This document shows positions 1 through 8,298 of a DNA stretch of 64,000 bases, piece after piece. The DNA is from a virus, in the IMG/VR virus record IMGVR_UViG_3300032144_000004, positions 1 through 64,000 of that record, one strand, 5' to 3'. Each line of letters begins with the position of its first letter. The first letter of the stretch is position 1. Made by a program: the position numbers and the translations under genes. The notes below the pieces were generated by a model. It searched no databases. It worked only from the letters and a program-made list of their open reading frames with translations, and had not been told where the DNA came from.

Positions 1-905
1 TCTTTGCTCGTGTAGTAGAGCTCTTCGAGCCGAAAAAGCGTGCCGAAGTCGTAGCGGTCGTAGTCGGTCTTGACCGCGAGCAGCTGGTCTTTGTATTGCG
101 GGAAGTTGGCGATCAGGTTCCAGCGGTTATCAAGCTCGCGCACCATGCGCCACTGATGCTCTCCGGCGACGCGCGGCTCTTGTACGAGTGACCACGGGTA
201 GACCAGCGTCACGATGGGCTCGCCGGACTTTTCGATCGAGTAGTGCTGCGCTGTGGTGCCATCCTCCATGGGGATGCTGCGAGGCACCTTCATGTCGTCG
301 CCACCGAGAAAATCCCAGCGGTAGTGCGTGCCGCCTAAACCAAAAACGCCGTCGCCTTCCGCGGCCTCCATGTCGAGCGGCGCGGAGTAGCGCTTGTAGA
401 GCGCGTTGATGATCTTGTCGGTGAGGATGCTCTTGGCCCAAGAGCGGTGATCGCTGTTCGAGACGAGCGCTTTGAACGCCGCCGGCTCACCGAGCGCAAG
501 CGAGGTTTGGTGCCGAATGTACGGGCGGATCAAGTTCAGGTGAAAGCGTATGAGCTCCAGTTCGTTGCCTGAAAACCCGATGGTTTGCGTCGCGAAGTCG
601 CGCAGGTCGTCGGGCGTCAAACCATGGTGCGCGGCATAGGCGATGACCCACATCGCGAGCAAGCCGCGGTTACGCGCGCTCTCGAAAAACGCTTCCTCTT
701 TGGCGGCGATCTCCGAGATGAAGTCCGGCCCGACTTTGCGTGCCCAGTAGATCTGGGACGGGTCGATGACCGGCTCTTCATTCGGATCGATAGGACGCAG
801 CGGATCGTCCGCAATGTCGCCGAGCGGCGGTAAACCGGGCAGGCCGTTTTGGAGCTGATCGAATGGAACTACATTTTCGCCTAACACAACACGGCCCGCT
901 CTCAT
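1..905 (-). CDS. Large virion-morphogenesis protein, N-terminal ~300 aa only (candidate portal); ORF runs off the left window edge
   Basis: Own minus-strand translation: the frame is open from ATG 905 (or in-frame GTG 887) to position 1 (MRAGRVVLGENVVPFDQLQNGLPGLPPLGDIADDPL...YWARKVGPDFISEIAAKEEAFFESARNRGLLAMWVIAYAAHHG...). It is missing from the ORF track because it has no stop in the window. It lies downstream of the terminase on the same strand and is preceded by the conserved 12-mer. The portal call is positional only. Confidence 0.5.
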   Translation of the reverse strand, partial: MRAGRVVLGENVVPFDQLQNGLPGLPPLGDIADDPLRPIDPNEEPVIDPSQIYWARKVGPDFISEIAAKEEAFFESARNRGLLAMWVIAYAAHHGLTPDDLRDFATQTIGFSGNELELIRFHLNLIRPYIRHQTSLALGEPAAFKALVSNSDHRSWAKSILTDKIINALYKRYSAPLDMEAAEGDGVFGLGGTHYRWDFLGGDDMKVPRSIPMEDGTTAQHYSIEKSGEPIVTLVYPWSLVQEPRVAGEHQWRMVRELDNRWNLIANFPQYKDQLLAVKTDYDRYDFGTLFRLEELYYTSK

Positions 906-912
906 CCCGGAG
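901..912 (-). promoter_or_regulatory. Conserved 12-mer CTCCGGGATGAG (copy 1 of 4) just upstream of a structural-gene start
   Basis: The plus strand reads CTCATCCCGGAG. Identical 12-mers occur at 1845-1856, 4767-4778 and 55369-55380, each 10-13 nt upstream of a minus-strand start codon. Here that start would be GTG 887. Confidence 0.55.
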
Positions 913-922
913 CGCGGTTACT

Positions 923-1237
923 TCAGATCAAAGCCTCGAGCTCATTCAGCGCCCACGCACTGCTTTTGGTCTTCATGTGCGCGAGCACGCGCTCCGCATC
1001 GAGCCTGCCGGCCCACGGAAACAGCAGAACACCGCGACACGCGTCGCAGCGCTTGAAGAATCCGGCCACATCAGAGAACGGCTCCCAGCCGTTCGCCGGC
1101 GTGATCTCGTCTTTGCGAGCGCCGGCCTTCTCCTCCCAGCTCACACGTTCGCACGTAGGGCAGCCATGCGGCTGTTTGAGTGAGGTTTTCATGCGCGCAA
1201 TGAGCTCGTGCGCGTCTTTCAGCGTGGGCGTTGCCAT
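923..1237 (-). CDS. Hypothetical Cys4 zinc-ribbon protein (104 aa)
   Basis: Taken from ORF 923..1393 and trimmed to ATG 1237, which overlaps the upstream stop (TGATG). Sequence MATPTLKDAHELIARMK...CPTC...CDAC. Confidence 0.6.
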   Translation of the reverse strand: MATPTLKDAHELIARMKTSLKQPHGCPTCERVSWEEKAGARKDEITPANGWEPFSDVAGFFKRCDACRGVLLFPWAGRLDAERVLAHMKTKSSAWALNELEALI

Positions 1238-1833
1238 CAGCAGCTCTGCAGCATGATGAACTTCGGCAGCTCGCCCTGCTTTTTGCCCGGCGCATCCGGT
1301 TGGATGACGGCCCATGGCGTCGCGAGCGCGCCCACGGCGTTCAAAAAGCTCGCGCGGTTGAGCTCGCTCTGCCAGCCGTTTTGGCCTTCGCACCAGTGGT
1401 CACGTGCCCGCACGGGGCCGAGGATATGCACTTCCTTGGCGAGGTCTTCGGACGGCGTGTGCACGGTGATGCGGGCGCCGTCGCGGTCCTCGCGGAAGGT
1501 CTGCGCCTCGGTCATGCGCTTACGGCCGTAGCTCTTGCGCACGGCGACGTAGACCACGGTGCTCTTGTTGAGCGCTTCGCAGTTCAAGCGATCGGCGAGG
1601 CAGTCGTTCAAGATCTCTTCGGGGAGCTCGGGGTAGAGCTTTCGAAGAAGCACGGCTGCGGCTTCGATCTCCTCGTGCGCGGGAGCGATGAAGCGCGTCA
1701 AATACGGCGATTCCATCGGCGGCACGCGATGCGTGACGAAGCCGGCGTCTTTGAGATCTTGCCGGTGCGCGGGGTCTGTGGGGGGCTGTTGCGTGGTTTG
1801 CTGTTTGTCTTTTTGGGTCTGAACTTCTGGCAC
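1237..1833 (-). CDS. Hypothetical protein (198 aa), GTG start
   Basis: ORF track entry with protein-like composition. The GTG start lies 11 nt downstream of 12-mer copy 2. Confidence 0.7.
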   Translation of the reverse strand: MPEVQTQKDKQQTTQQPPTDPAHRQDLKDAGFVTHRVPPMESPYLTRFIAPAHEEIEAAAVLLRKLYPELPEEILNDCLADRLNCEALNKSTVVYVAVRKSYGRKRMTEAQTFREDRDGARITVHTPSEDLAKEVHILGPVRARDHWCEGQNGWQSELNRASFLNAVGALATPWAVIQPDAPGKKQGELPKFIMLQSC

Positions 1834-1844
1834 AGTGGCATCTG

Positions 1845-1856
1845 CTCATCCCGGAG
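1845..1856 (-). promoter_or_regulatory. Conserved 12-mer CTCCGGGATGAG (copy 2)
   Basis: Exact repeat located 11 nt upstream of GTG 1833. The ATG inside the motif opens only an Arg-rich off-frame ORF (1520..1849). Confidence 0.55.
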
Positions 1857-1871
1857 AAATGCCTAAAATCG

Positions 1872-1948
1872 TGGCTGTGGGGGCTGGATTCGAACCAGCG
1901 TTTTCCGGAGTAACAGTCCGGCGTCCAAACCGCCTGGACCGCCCCACA
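1872..1948 (-). tRNA. tRNA-Asn (anticodon GUU) with encoded CCA
   Basis: Manual fold of the reverse complement: TGTGGGG CG GTCC AGGCGGTTT GGAC G CCGGA CTGTTAC TCCGG AAAAC GCTGG TTCGAAT CCAGC CCCCACA G CCA. All four stems are Watson-Crick, with U33 and A37 present. Confidence 0.9.
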
Positions 1949-1954
1949 AAAAGG

Positions 1955-2215
1955 TTACGGGCTCGTATTCACCTTGGCTGTCACGAAGCGCTCGGACTGC
2001 GCTTCGGTCTCGCAGGCAATACCTTGGTTGAATGTCATCACGGCCTGACGAATCAGGCGGATGCCGTAGGTTTGATCGGCGCTGCCATCGGTGCAGGCCA
2101 CGGCCACCTCTGCGAAGTGCTTGGCGGCCTGGCGGAGTGCTAGGTAGCGCTCTTGCTGGCCGGGGCGTGGGCTGTGGTAGACGAACCAGTTATCGAGGTC
2201 CACTTGGGTGATCAT
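1955..2215 (-). CDS. Small conserved phage protein (86 aa)
   Basis: ORF track. The N-terminal W-F-x-Y-H-x-P ... Y..LR pattern recalls a widespread small phage family. No function can be supported from sequence. Confidence 0.6.
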   Translation of the reverse strand: MITQVDLDNWFVYHSPRPGQQERYLALRQAAKHFAEVAVACTDGSADQTYGIRLIRQAVMTFNQGIACETEAQSERFVTAKVNTSP

Positions 2216-2556
2216 GTCTGCTCTTTCAAAACGTCGTCGATGTTGGGTTCTGCGAAGCGCTCGGCGAGTGCAGGCGCTTGGGGGGCCGCGTCGGGTTTGA
2301 CGCGCTCGAAGTAGGCGGTGAGCTCTTCCGCGGGCATCGCATCGTACACCGGCGGCTCGCCCGGATACGTGATGATGGCGTCGCCGTAGTGCACGGCCTT
2401 ACGCTCTTTGTTCGTCCCCGCGAGGATGTAGCCCACGAGTCTTTCATCTTCATGGTGGGTATCCGGGGCGACCGCGACGTGCGGATGCTTCCCGTCGTAG
2501 AAGTCCACCGACACGCGCAGCGGCGCGGCTTGTTTTTCTTGGTACAGGAACGGCAT
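2212..2556 (-). CDS. Hypothetical protein (114 aa)
   Basis: ORF track. Its stop overlaps the next start (ATGA). Confidence 0.6.
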   Translation of the reverse strand: MPFLYQEKQAAPLRVSVDFYDGKHPHVAVAPDTHHEDERLVGYILAGTNKERKAVHYGDAIITYPGEPPVYDAMPAEELTAYFERVKPDAAPQAPALAERFAEPNIDDVLKEQT

Positions 2557-2921
2557 TACCCTCTCCGTTGGGACTGGCCCATGTGCATGGTGATCTTGGT
2601 CGCCTCTGCCATGCAGCGGTCGACAGCGTCTTGAACGTCTTGACCGTTGCGCTTGAGGATGCGGCCTTGCTTGACGAGCTCGTCGCGGATCTCATCGCGG
2701 TCGCGTAGCGTGTCGCTGCGCAGCACGGAAAGCTCTTCGCGTACGCGCGCGAGCCCCGCGAGCGCAGTCTCCGCGGTTTCGCGCGCTTCGAAGTCAGCGA
2801 CCAAATCCGGTCGTCTCTTGGGATTTTTTCGGCCGTGCTCCACGCCGAAGTAGTAGGCGAAGAGGCCGAGAACGACGGTCGCGAAGGTCTGAAGGATCAG
2901 GTGGTCTGCTGGCATGGTCAT
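2556..2921 (-). CDS. Membrane-anchored coiled-coil protein (121 aa)
   Basis: ORF 2556..3032 trimmed to ATG 2921, which overlaps the terminase stop (ATGA). Hydrophobic helix LILQTFATVVLGLFAYYF. Confidence 0.6.
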   Translation of the reverse strand: MTMPADHLILQTFATVVLGLFAYYFGVEHGRKNPKRRPDLVADFEARETAETALAGLARVREELSVLRSDTLRDRDEIRDELVKQGRILKRNGQDVQDAVDRCMAEATKITMHMGQSQRRG

Positions 2922-4756
2922 CTGCGGCCTCGGCCGCCGTCGAACACTCTCAAACGCCCCCGCTGATGGATGCCGTGCGCCGCGTTTTGAGCCTGCTCGA
3001 GTGCGAGCTCGTGGGCAGGCTTGGGCTGCCATGGCAGACGAGGGATGACGGTGGCGCCGGCTGGAAACTCACGCAGGATGTGCTCGGGGGGGTGAGGCCG
3101 AGCGTTTGTATACTGCTCCACCTTCCGCACCATGTAAACGAGCGCCGATGCAAGGTCAAAGTGACCGTAGACATCGTGCTCGGCGAGTTTTCCGCGTTTG
3201 TCGCGTTTGGCCGAGTGTACGTGGTCGATGACCGCACCCGCGTTGGGCGCAAACCACATCCGGCCCTCCCCGAGCCAGTTGCGGACGTTGCGGATCATGG
3301 TGGTGAGCTCTTCTTTGGTGGTTGCCAAAAACTCTAGGCCGTAGTGCTCGTCGATGTCCCGAATCAGCTGCTTGTCAACGTCACTGACGCGCGCGGCAGG
3401 GTTCAGGTGAAAGCCCTGGCGGTCGTAGTACGGCGTGATCGCGCCGGGGATGGGCTTCACGATCCAGTCGCCGGGGCGCCGCTCGCTGGTCGAGCGCTCG
3501 AGCAGCGGCGTCGTCGCCATGCAATGCAGCTCGGGTGCTAGCTTCGCGTACTTGTCGCCGTATAGAAGATCACGCCATCCGGCATGCACCCCGTCGTGCT
3601 GGAGAGGAATTCGCCGCATGCGCACGTCTGGCCAACGGCCCCAGAGCACAAACTCACGAGCCGCGCACACTGCCGACACTTCCATCGAACCAGCGTTGGA
3701 CTTCGCCCAGCTGTCGAGGATGAGGAGTCGGTCGTTGTCGAAGTCATATTCGCCCCAAATTAGGCCGAATAAGTGCACTTGGCCAGGGTCTGCGGCGGTG
3801 AACCCGTAGGCGTGCTTGGGCCTCTCGAACTGGCGCACGTGGAGCTCGTGGTTGAACTCCGGAAACGCCTGCAGCTTCGGGTCGCCGGCAATGACGTTGA
3901 AGTATTCGCGCTCGCAGTTCGGGTTGCCGCGCCCGCCTGCCATGCCGATCCAGTAGTCTTTTTCGCGCCTGGAGAGCCGCGTGTTGTCTTCGATCGTGAC
4001 TTCGGAAAACGCCTCGCGCCGTTTGGCGTCGGGCATCACGATGCGTTCCCAGTCTGTATCGAGCTCTTCGGGTGCCGAGCTTTCCACCAGCATGCGGGCC
4101 CACGGCCGCTGCTGGTACTGATGAATCAGAACGTTTCGAATCGCGTAGTCGAGGTTGCTGATGAACGCGGCCTCGGACACGAGGTCGAGGTCGTTCTCCT
4201 GGCCGCGCAACGCGTCTTTATTGACGTCAATACCGGCGAGCGCGAGCCGTGCGCCGCCGGTCGGACCGTCTTCGGGCCAGTACAAACCGGCGGGGAGAAT
4301 GCCGCGTTTGCCGTGGTAGGTCGGCACGGCGTAGTCGGGCGCCGTGGAGAACGCCTGTGTGACGACCGAGCCCGCGATTTCATCGATATTGCGCTGAAAC
4401 GCGCTGGTGAGACGCATCTTGGCGGGGCGGCCGTACGTGCGGAAATACCAAACCGCGAACTCGTACGCGACCCACAGGTACAACGTGGTCTTACCGAAGC
4501 GCTTGCCGCCGGCGATCACGTACACGAGCGGGATCGACCCGGTCTCGTGGACCTCTTCGAGCTGATCGATCGCGCGCCATGCGTGGATGGCGTTGCGCAA
4601 CCTCAGCTGGCCTTCGTGCATCAGGCCGCTGAGGTCGCCCGTTTCCCACGCCAGCGCGATGAGCTCGTCGTCCGACAGCTCGCCAAGGTCGGCCGCCGTC
4701 AGCTGCTTTTCAAATACAAGCTCGTTGGGATCGCTGTCTACGTCTTCGGGGTACAC
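2918..4756 (-). CDS. terL: Terminase large subunit
   Basis: 612 aa. Walker A AGGKRFGKTT, a Walker-B-like DLDLVSEAAF, and a C-terminal nuclease-like region (FTAADPG...). GTG start 10 nt downstream of 12-mer copy 3. Confidence 0.8.
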   Translation of the reverse strand: MYPEDVDSDPNELVFEKQLTAADLGELSDDELIALAWETGDLSGLMHEGQLRLRNAIHAWRAIDQLEEVHETGSIPLVYVIAGGKRFGKTTLYLWVAYEFAVWYFRTYGRPAKMRLTSAFQRNIDEIAGSVVTQAFSTAPDYAVPTYHGKRGILPAGLYWPEDGPTGGARLALAGIDVNKDALRGQENDLDLVSEAAFISNLDYAIRNVLIHQYQQRPWARMLVESSAPEELDTDWERIVMPDAKRREAFSEVTIEDNTRLSRREKDYWIGMAGGRGNPNCEREYFNVIAGDPKLQAFPEFNHELHVRQFERPKHAYGFTAADPGQVHLFGLIWGEYDFDNDRLLILDSWAKSNAGSMEVSAVCAAREFVLWGRWPDVRMRRIPLQHDGVHAGWRDLLYGDKYAKLAPELHCMATTPLLERSTSERRPGDWIVKPIPGAITPYYDRQGFHLNPAARVSDVDKQLIRDIDEHYGLEFLATTKEELTTMIRNVRNWLGEGRMWFAPNAGAVIDHVHSAKRDKRGKLAEHDVYGHFDLASALVYMVRKVEQYTNARPHPPEHILREFPAGATVIPRLPWQPKPAHELALEQAQNAAHGIHQRGRLRVFDGGRGRR

Positions 4757-4766
4757 ATGGCTTCAG

Positions 4767-4778
4767 CTCATCCCGGAG
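4767..4778 (-). promoter_or_regulatory. Conserved 12-mer CTCCGGGATGAG (copy 3)
   Basis: Exact repeat in the 41-nt gap between the stop at 4798 and the terminase GTG at 4756. Confidence 0.55.
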
Positions 4779-4797
4779 CAGGCCACATCACAACCGG

Positions 4798-5085
4798 TCA
4801 GCTCGCGAGCTTCTCGATCCGGCGCTGCAAAAGCACCTTGGTTTTGAGGTCTTTGAGGATCTCGGCGAACGACTCCGCGCAGCGCTTGCGAAACTCCATC
4901 ACCGCGCAGTCGTGGTCGACGTAGCCCGTGTGGTGGAGCTCGCTTTCGGCGTCGATCACGCGCAGCCTAAGCTTGTTTTCGACGTTGCTGGGGACGGCGG
5001 TGAAGGTGAAAGGCGATCGGACGATCACGTCGCCAACGTTGACCGCCAGGGCGACGGCGGATTTTTGGGTCAGGGCAATGGACAT
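4798..5085 (-). CDS. Hypothetical protein (95 aa) directly upstream of the terminase
   Basis: ORF track. The position would suit a small terminase subunit or packaging accessory protein, but no motif supports this. Confidence 0.55.
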   Translation of the reverse strand: MSIALTQKSAVALAVNVGDVIVRSPFTFTAVPSNVENKLRLRVIDAESELHHTGYVDHDCAVMEFRKRCAESFAEILKDLKTKVLLQRRIEKLAS

Positions 5086-5134
5086 GGGGTTTGTGTCCTG
5101 AATGACTGCGGGGTTATGGATGGATTGTACTGTG

Positions 5135-5536
5135 TTAGCGCCGCACCGTCAGACCCATTCGCGGGTCGATCAGCTGGCGCCGGACATCGGTGTAGCCGTT
5201 GGTCTCCGGGTCGAACTTCAGCGCTTCCACGGGCATCGCCTTTTGCGCGATCGCACGCGCTTCGGTGTAGTCCTCTTCGCGCGCCTCGTTCACCATCCCG
5301 CAGATTTCCTTATGCAACAGTGTTGCAAAATGGGCTGAGAACACCCAGAAGAACGCGAGCAAAAAGGCGATCCCGCCGAGGCTGGGCCAGGGATCGGACG
5401 GGCGCATGTTGTGAACGAAGAGCCAGCAGAACGCGCCGAAGTGGAGCCAGAACAGCAGTCGCCATAGGCCGTTACGCACACCCATGAGGTCGATCCTTTC
5501 GACGTGCTCGGGCGGGAATGGGATGGGCGGGGACAT
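5135..5536 (-). CDS. Membrane protein (about 133 aa; start uncertain, 5536 or 5485)
   Basis: ORF 5135..5599 with two or three hydrophobic helices (LWRLLFWLHFGAFCWLFV, GGIAFLLAFFWVF). Confidence 0.55.
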   Translation of the reverse strand: MSPPIPFPPEHVERIDLMGVRNGLWRLLFWLHFGAFCWLFVHNMRPSDPWPSLGGIAFLLAFFWVFSAHFATLLHKEICGMVNEAREEDYTEARAIAQKAMPVEALKFDPETNGYTDVRRQLIDPRMGLTVRR

Positions 5537-5816
5537 GGGCTTTGGGTTGGGCAACCGCGTCGCAGCTGCATTCCGGGTGCAGACACTCGCCGGTCCCATC
5601 TCGGTGCATTATGCACAGGTGGTGGCATGCCGCACACTCGTCTTTGGGGTTGAGGTTGTTGACCCGCGGTTTGACGCCCGCGCGCGCCATGACCCGCTCG
5701 ACCACGCCCGTGGAGACCCCAAGCTTCTTGGCGACTTTGCGCCGCGAAGAGAGTTTGCCGTACCAGCGCCGCACGGCGCTCACGAGCTTGGGGTCGTAGA
5801 TGACGCGCCTGCCCAT
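5472..5816 (-). CDS. HTH DNA-binding protein with Cys/His cluster (114 aa)
   Basis: ORF 5472..6029 trimmed to ATG 5816 (TGATG overlap). HTH-like KVAKKLGVSTGVVERV followed by CAACHHLC...CLHPECSC. Confidence 0.55.
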   Translation of the reverse strand: MGRRVIYDPKLVSAVRRWYGKLSSRRKVAKKLGVSTGVVERVMARAGVKPRVNNLNPKDECAACHHLCIMHRDGTGECLHPECSCDAVAQPKAHVPAHPIPARARRKDRPHGCA

Positions 5817-6139
5817 CACGCCGCCTTGTCTGTCCCGCACAACGGGCATTTGTGGGGCTTGCGCGGATGCTCTTCGGCACGCACGGCAGGGTAGTTCTCC
5901 CAGCGTTTGAGCAGTGCGTTGGCGCGCGCGAGCACACTCTCTGTAGTCCAGCGGCGCGGGCGACCGCGCCCGTCGTGGGGCTTGCGCTGATCCTTGGCGT
6001 CGCCGAGCTCCATGCGGCGCAGCGAGCACGGCTGCAAATCCAGGATGCCAGCGAGCTCGACCTGTGTGAGCTTCAGCCGGCGGCGGAGCACGCGCAGATC
6101 GCGCAGGGTTTTGATCGCGTCTTCGGGCAATGCGTCCAT
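5816..6139 (-). CDS. XRE-family HTH protein (107 aa)
   Basis: LTQVELAGILDLQPCSLRRMELG is a typical Cro/CI-type helix-turn-helix. Confidence 0.6.
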   Translation of the reverse strand: MDALPEDAIKTLRDLRVLRRRLKLTQVELAGILDLQPCSLRRMELGDAKDQRKPHDGRGRPRRWTTESVLARANALLKRWENYPAVRAEEHPRKPHKCPLCGTDKAA

Positions 6140-6172
6140 GGGGTTTGTGGACCTTTGTTTGCGAGCAAGTGG

Positions 6173-6790
6173 CTAGGGTTTGGTTGTAGCTCCGGCCGAG
6201 GCCGTATCGATCGCGTCGAGCTCTTCGAGGTGCTTCCAGGCTAAGTCCGAAGCCGTTTCACGCGTCACCCTGCCGGTGATCGCGTGGAGAATGAACACCG
6301 GATCGCCAGCGAGACGCAGCACTTCTTGCCGCGAGAAACCGCCCTCCGCGAGCAGTTTGCCCACGTACATCCCGAGCTGCAGCGTGGCCGTGCTGTCAGT
6401 CCACATCCGCGACAGCATCGTTTCGACAATCTCTTCGCCCGTGAGCTGAAGCCAGAACGTTTTGTGCTCCGCGCGCAGCTCGGTCATCGCGTTCTTCGCG
6501 CCTGCGTAGTCTTTGTAATGCAAGCCACGAATGACTACCGCAAACTCGCTTTCCGCCCTCATTTTCTGGCGATTTTCGTGACACGTCGCGAGGTTTGCGT
6601 CGAACCATGCGCGCCAATTCTTTAGGTCTTCGTGTATGCTTTCCAGGGTGGGGTGCGGGCTTTGTCGTTCCGATGCCGCTGCGATCAGCGCGTCGATGTC
6701 GAGCTCACCGGCGAGCACTTGGCCGAGCTCATCTTGCGACAGTTCGAGAAGTTCAGGGGCTGCCGCTTCTTTGTTTTCTAGGTCGGTCAT
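6173..6790 (-). CDS. Hypothetical protein (205 aa)
   Basis: ORF 6173..6820 trimmed to ATG 6790 (MTDLENK...), which overlaps the stop of the upstream micro-ORF (ATGA). Confidence 0.6.
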   Translation of the reverse strand: MTDLENKEAAAPELLELSQDELGQVLAGELDIDALIAAASERQSPHPTLESIHEDLKNWRAWFDANLATCHENRQKMRAESEFAVVIRGLHYKDYAGAKNAMTELRAEHKTFWLQLTGEEIVETMLSRMWTDSTATLQLGMYVGKLLAEGGFSRQEVLRLAGDPVFILHAITGRVTRETASDLAWKHLEELDAIDTASAGATTKP

Positions 6791-6936
6791 CGCGTTTTCT
6801 TTTCGCACGAGCACTGGCACTGGCGGTCGGAATTTGCGGCAAGCGTGCCGAGCACGCCGCCGAGCATGCCGATCAACGCGAGCGCGATCCAGAAGAGGCC
6901 GAAGCCGTTTCGATCAACAAAAGTCCAGAAGTTCAT
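6787..6936 (-). CDS. Small membrane protein (49 aa), absent from the ORF track
   Basis: Own translation: MNFWTFVDRNGFGLFWIALALIGMLGGVLGTLAANSDRQCQCSCEKKTR. It exactly fills the gap between two genes and has coupled junctions at both ends. Confidence 0.5.
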   Translation of the reverse strand: MNFWTFVDRNGFGLFWIALALIGMLGGVLGTLAANSDRQCQCSCEKKTR

Positions 6937-6937
6937 G

Positions 6938-7189
6938 TCAAAACCCGAGCGCTTCGCGCTCGTCCTCGGTGAGTTTGGCGAGTGCTTCTTGCTTCAAGCG
7001 CGCGCGGCGCTTGGCGTCGTCTTCTTTGTGTTTGTTCCACCATTCCACGAACCCGGGAACCTTATGGGCCGTGCTGGATGGGATGAGCTTGATGAGTGCA
7101 CAAAGCATGCGCGTGAGCTCGTTACGCTCGGCGATCAGCGCCCTCAGCTCGTGTTCGTCTTCAGCTCTCGTGTCTACGGTACAGGGCAT
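6938..7189 (-). CDS. Hypothetical protein (83 aa)
   Basis: ORF track entry with charged helical composition. Confidence 0.55.
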   Translation of the reverse strand: MPCTVDTRAEDEHELRALIAERNELTRMLCALIKLIPSSTAHKVPGFVEWWNKHKEDDAKRRARLKQEALAKLTEDEREALGF

Positions 7190-7190
7190 G

Positions 7191-7340
7191 TCAAAACCTC
7201 AGCAGGTTCTTCGAGCATTTTTGGCAGAGAAAACAGCTACCCACATTCGGATCGCTCCACTTGCAGGCCTCGGTTTTGGGCAGCGTGGTCTTGCATTGGA
7301 AGCAGATGACCTGCACCGGCGGCTTCTTGGTTTTGGTCAT
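7191..7340 (-). CDS. Zinc-ribbon mini-protein (49 aa)
   Basis: ORF 7191..7487 trimmed to ATG 7340 (ATGA overlap). Sequence MTKTKKPPVQVICFQCK...CFLCQKC. Confidence 0.5.
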   Translation of the reverse strand: MTKTKKPPVQVICFQCKTTLPKTEACKWSDPNVGSCFLCQKCSKNLLRF

Positions 7341-7891
7341 CGTTTTTCCGCCAACTGCTCGGCCAGACGCTTCGTTTCGCCGGTCACGTAGGCTCGATCG
7401 CGGTAGATTTGGCCAGCGCTCACGCCGTATCTCAGCATGCCCGGCACGAGATCCCACGCGTGCGAGCAGTCGAAGCCGATCCACCAAACATCATCGGGTT
7501 CGCCGGGCTTGGGCACGTGGCAAATCTCGCCCTGACACGCTTCGGCGTACGTCACACCGCCGTGCACGTCGACCTGGATGTCGTCCATCGATTTGCCGTG
7601 ATAGGGATGGCCGGGCGGCACCGCGGCGTAGCCGCACCATGCGCCCAACGGCCCGCGACGAAGTATGCAGGGTAAGCCGGCGTGCTCAAACTCCACACGA
7701 TCGGGTTCAGTCTTCCAGGATTCGCGGGTCATCGCTTGTTCGGTTTCCAGTTGTATTTGTGGTCGACTGGCGTCTTTCGCCGTGAGCTTGCCGATGTTTC
7801 GCGTGGACCAAAACACCAGAAACCCGCCCACAAGCACCATACCGATCATCAATCCCAGCAATCCCAGCAATCCCAGCAATTCGATGTCCAT
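7337..7891 (-). CDS. Membrane-anchored conserved phage protein (184 aa)
   Basis: N-terminal TM segment containing the LLGLLGLLGL repeat. The HGGVTY ... WWIGFDCSHAWD pattern resembles a recurrent phage domain of unknown function. Confidence 0.65.
   Translation of the reverse strand: MDIELLGLLGLLGLMIGMVLVGGFLVFWSTRNIGKLTAKDASRPQIQLETEQAMTRESWKTEPDRVEFEHAGLPCILRRGPLGAWCGYAAVPPGHPYHGKSMDDIQVDVHGGVTYAEACQGEICHVPKPGEPDDVWWIGFDCSHAWDLVPGMLRYGVSAGQIYRDRAYVTGETKRLAEQLAEKR
7851..7877. repeat. 3 x 9 bp perfect tandem repeat AATCCCAGC
   Basis: Read directly from the sequence. It encodes LLG-LLG-LLG within the TM segment of ORF 7337..7891. Confidence 0.9.
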
Positions 7892-7923
7892 GATTGCAGC
7901 TCCTATAAGCCCGTTAGGGTGGT

Positions 7924-8196
7924 TCAGTGCGGAAGCGCGTCCTCTTCGTCGTCTTCAACGGGCGCCCCCCTCGAGGCCCCCCTCGCGCGCGCAATACCCG
8001 CCCTCGCGATCAGCTTCTCGCGTGCACGCCGCATCTCCTCGCGGCCGAGGAGTAGGGCGAGCTCGTCGTCGGTCGGCTCCGGCTCTGCGCCCTCCACAGC
8101 CTCGACAGGCTCGGACGGCTTCGACTTCCCGCTTCGCAGCAGAAAGAGCGTGACACCGGCCACTACTGCGATTCCAAGTATTGTTTGAAAGTCCAT
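7924..8196 (-). CDS. Single-pass membrane protein (90 aa)
   Basis: ORF track. TM segment ILGIAVVAGVTLFLL followed by an acidic tail. Confidence 0.55.
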   Translation of the reverse strand: MDFQTILGIAVVAGVTLFLLRSGKSKPSEPVEAVEGAEPEPTDDELALLLGREEMRRAREKLIARAGIARARGASRGAPVEDDEEDALPH

Positions 8197-8298
8197 ATTG
8201 TCGCTACCCTTCCCTCGTTACGCTGCGGCGCGCGAGCGCCGGTCAAGAACCTTTGGTCTTCGTGTAGTTACGCTCCGAGCCTCGAAACCGCTTGAACT

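Noticed and set aside
1520-2143. ORFs 1520..1849 (-) and 1835..2143 (+)
   Set aside because: The first starts at the ATG inside the conserved 12-mer and is an Arg-rich off-frame reading of ORF 1237..1833. The second overlaps tRNA-Asn and the antisense of ORF 1955..2215.
1955-2215. Assigning the 86-aa W-F-x-Y-H-x-P protein to a cyclic-nucleotide sponge (anti-CBASS/Thoeris-like) family
   Set aside because: This rests only on a vague memory of database labels for similar small phage proteins. I cannot reproduce any diagnostic motif from the sequence.
3773-4924. 383-aa plus-strand ORF opposite the terminase
   Set aside because: Same reasoning. The terminase frame has Walker motifs and the opposite frame has none.
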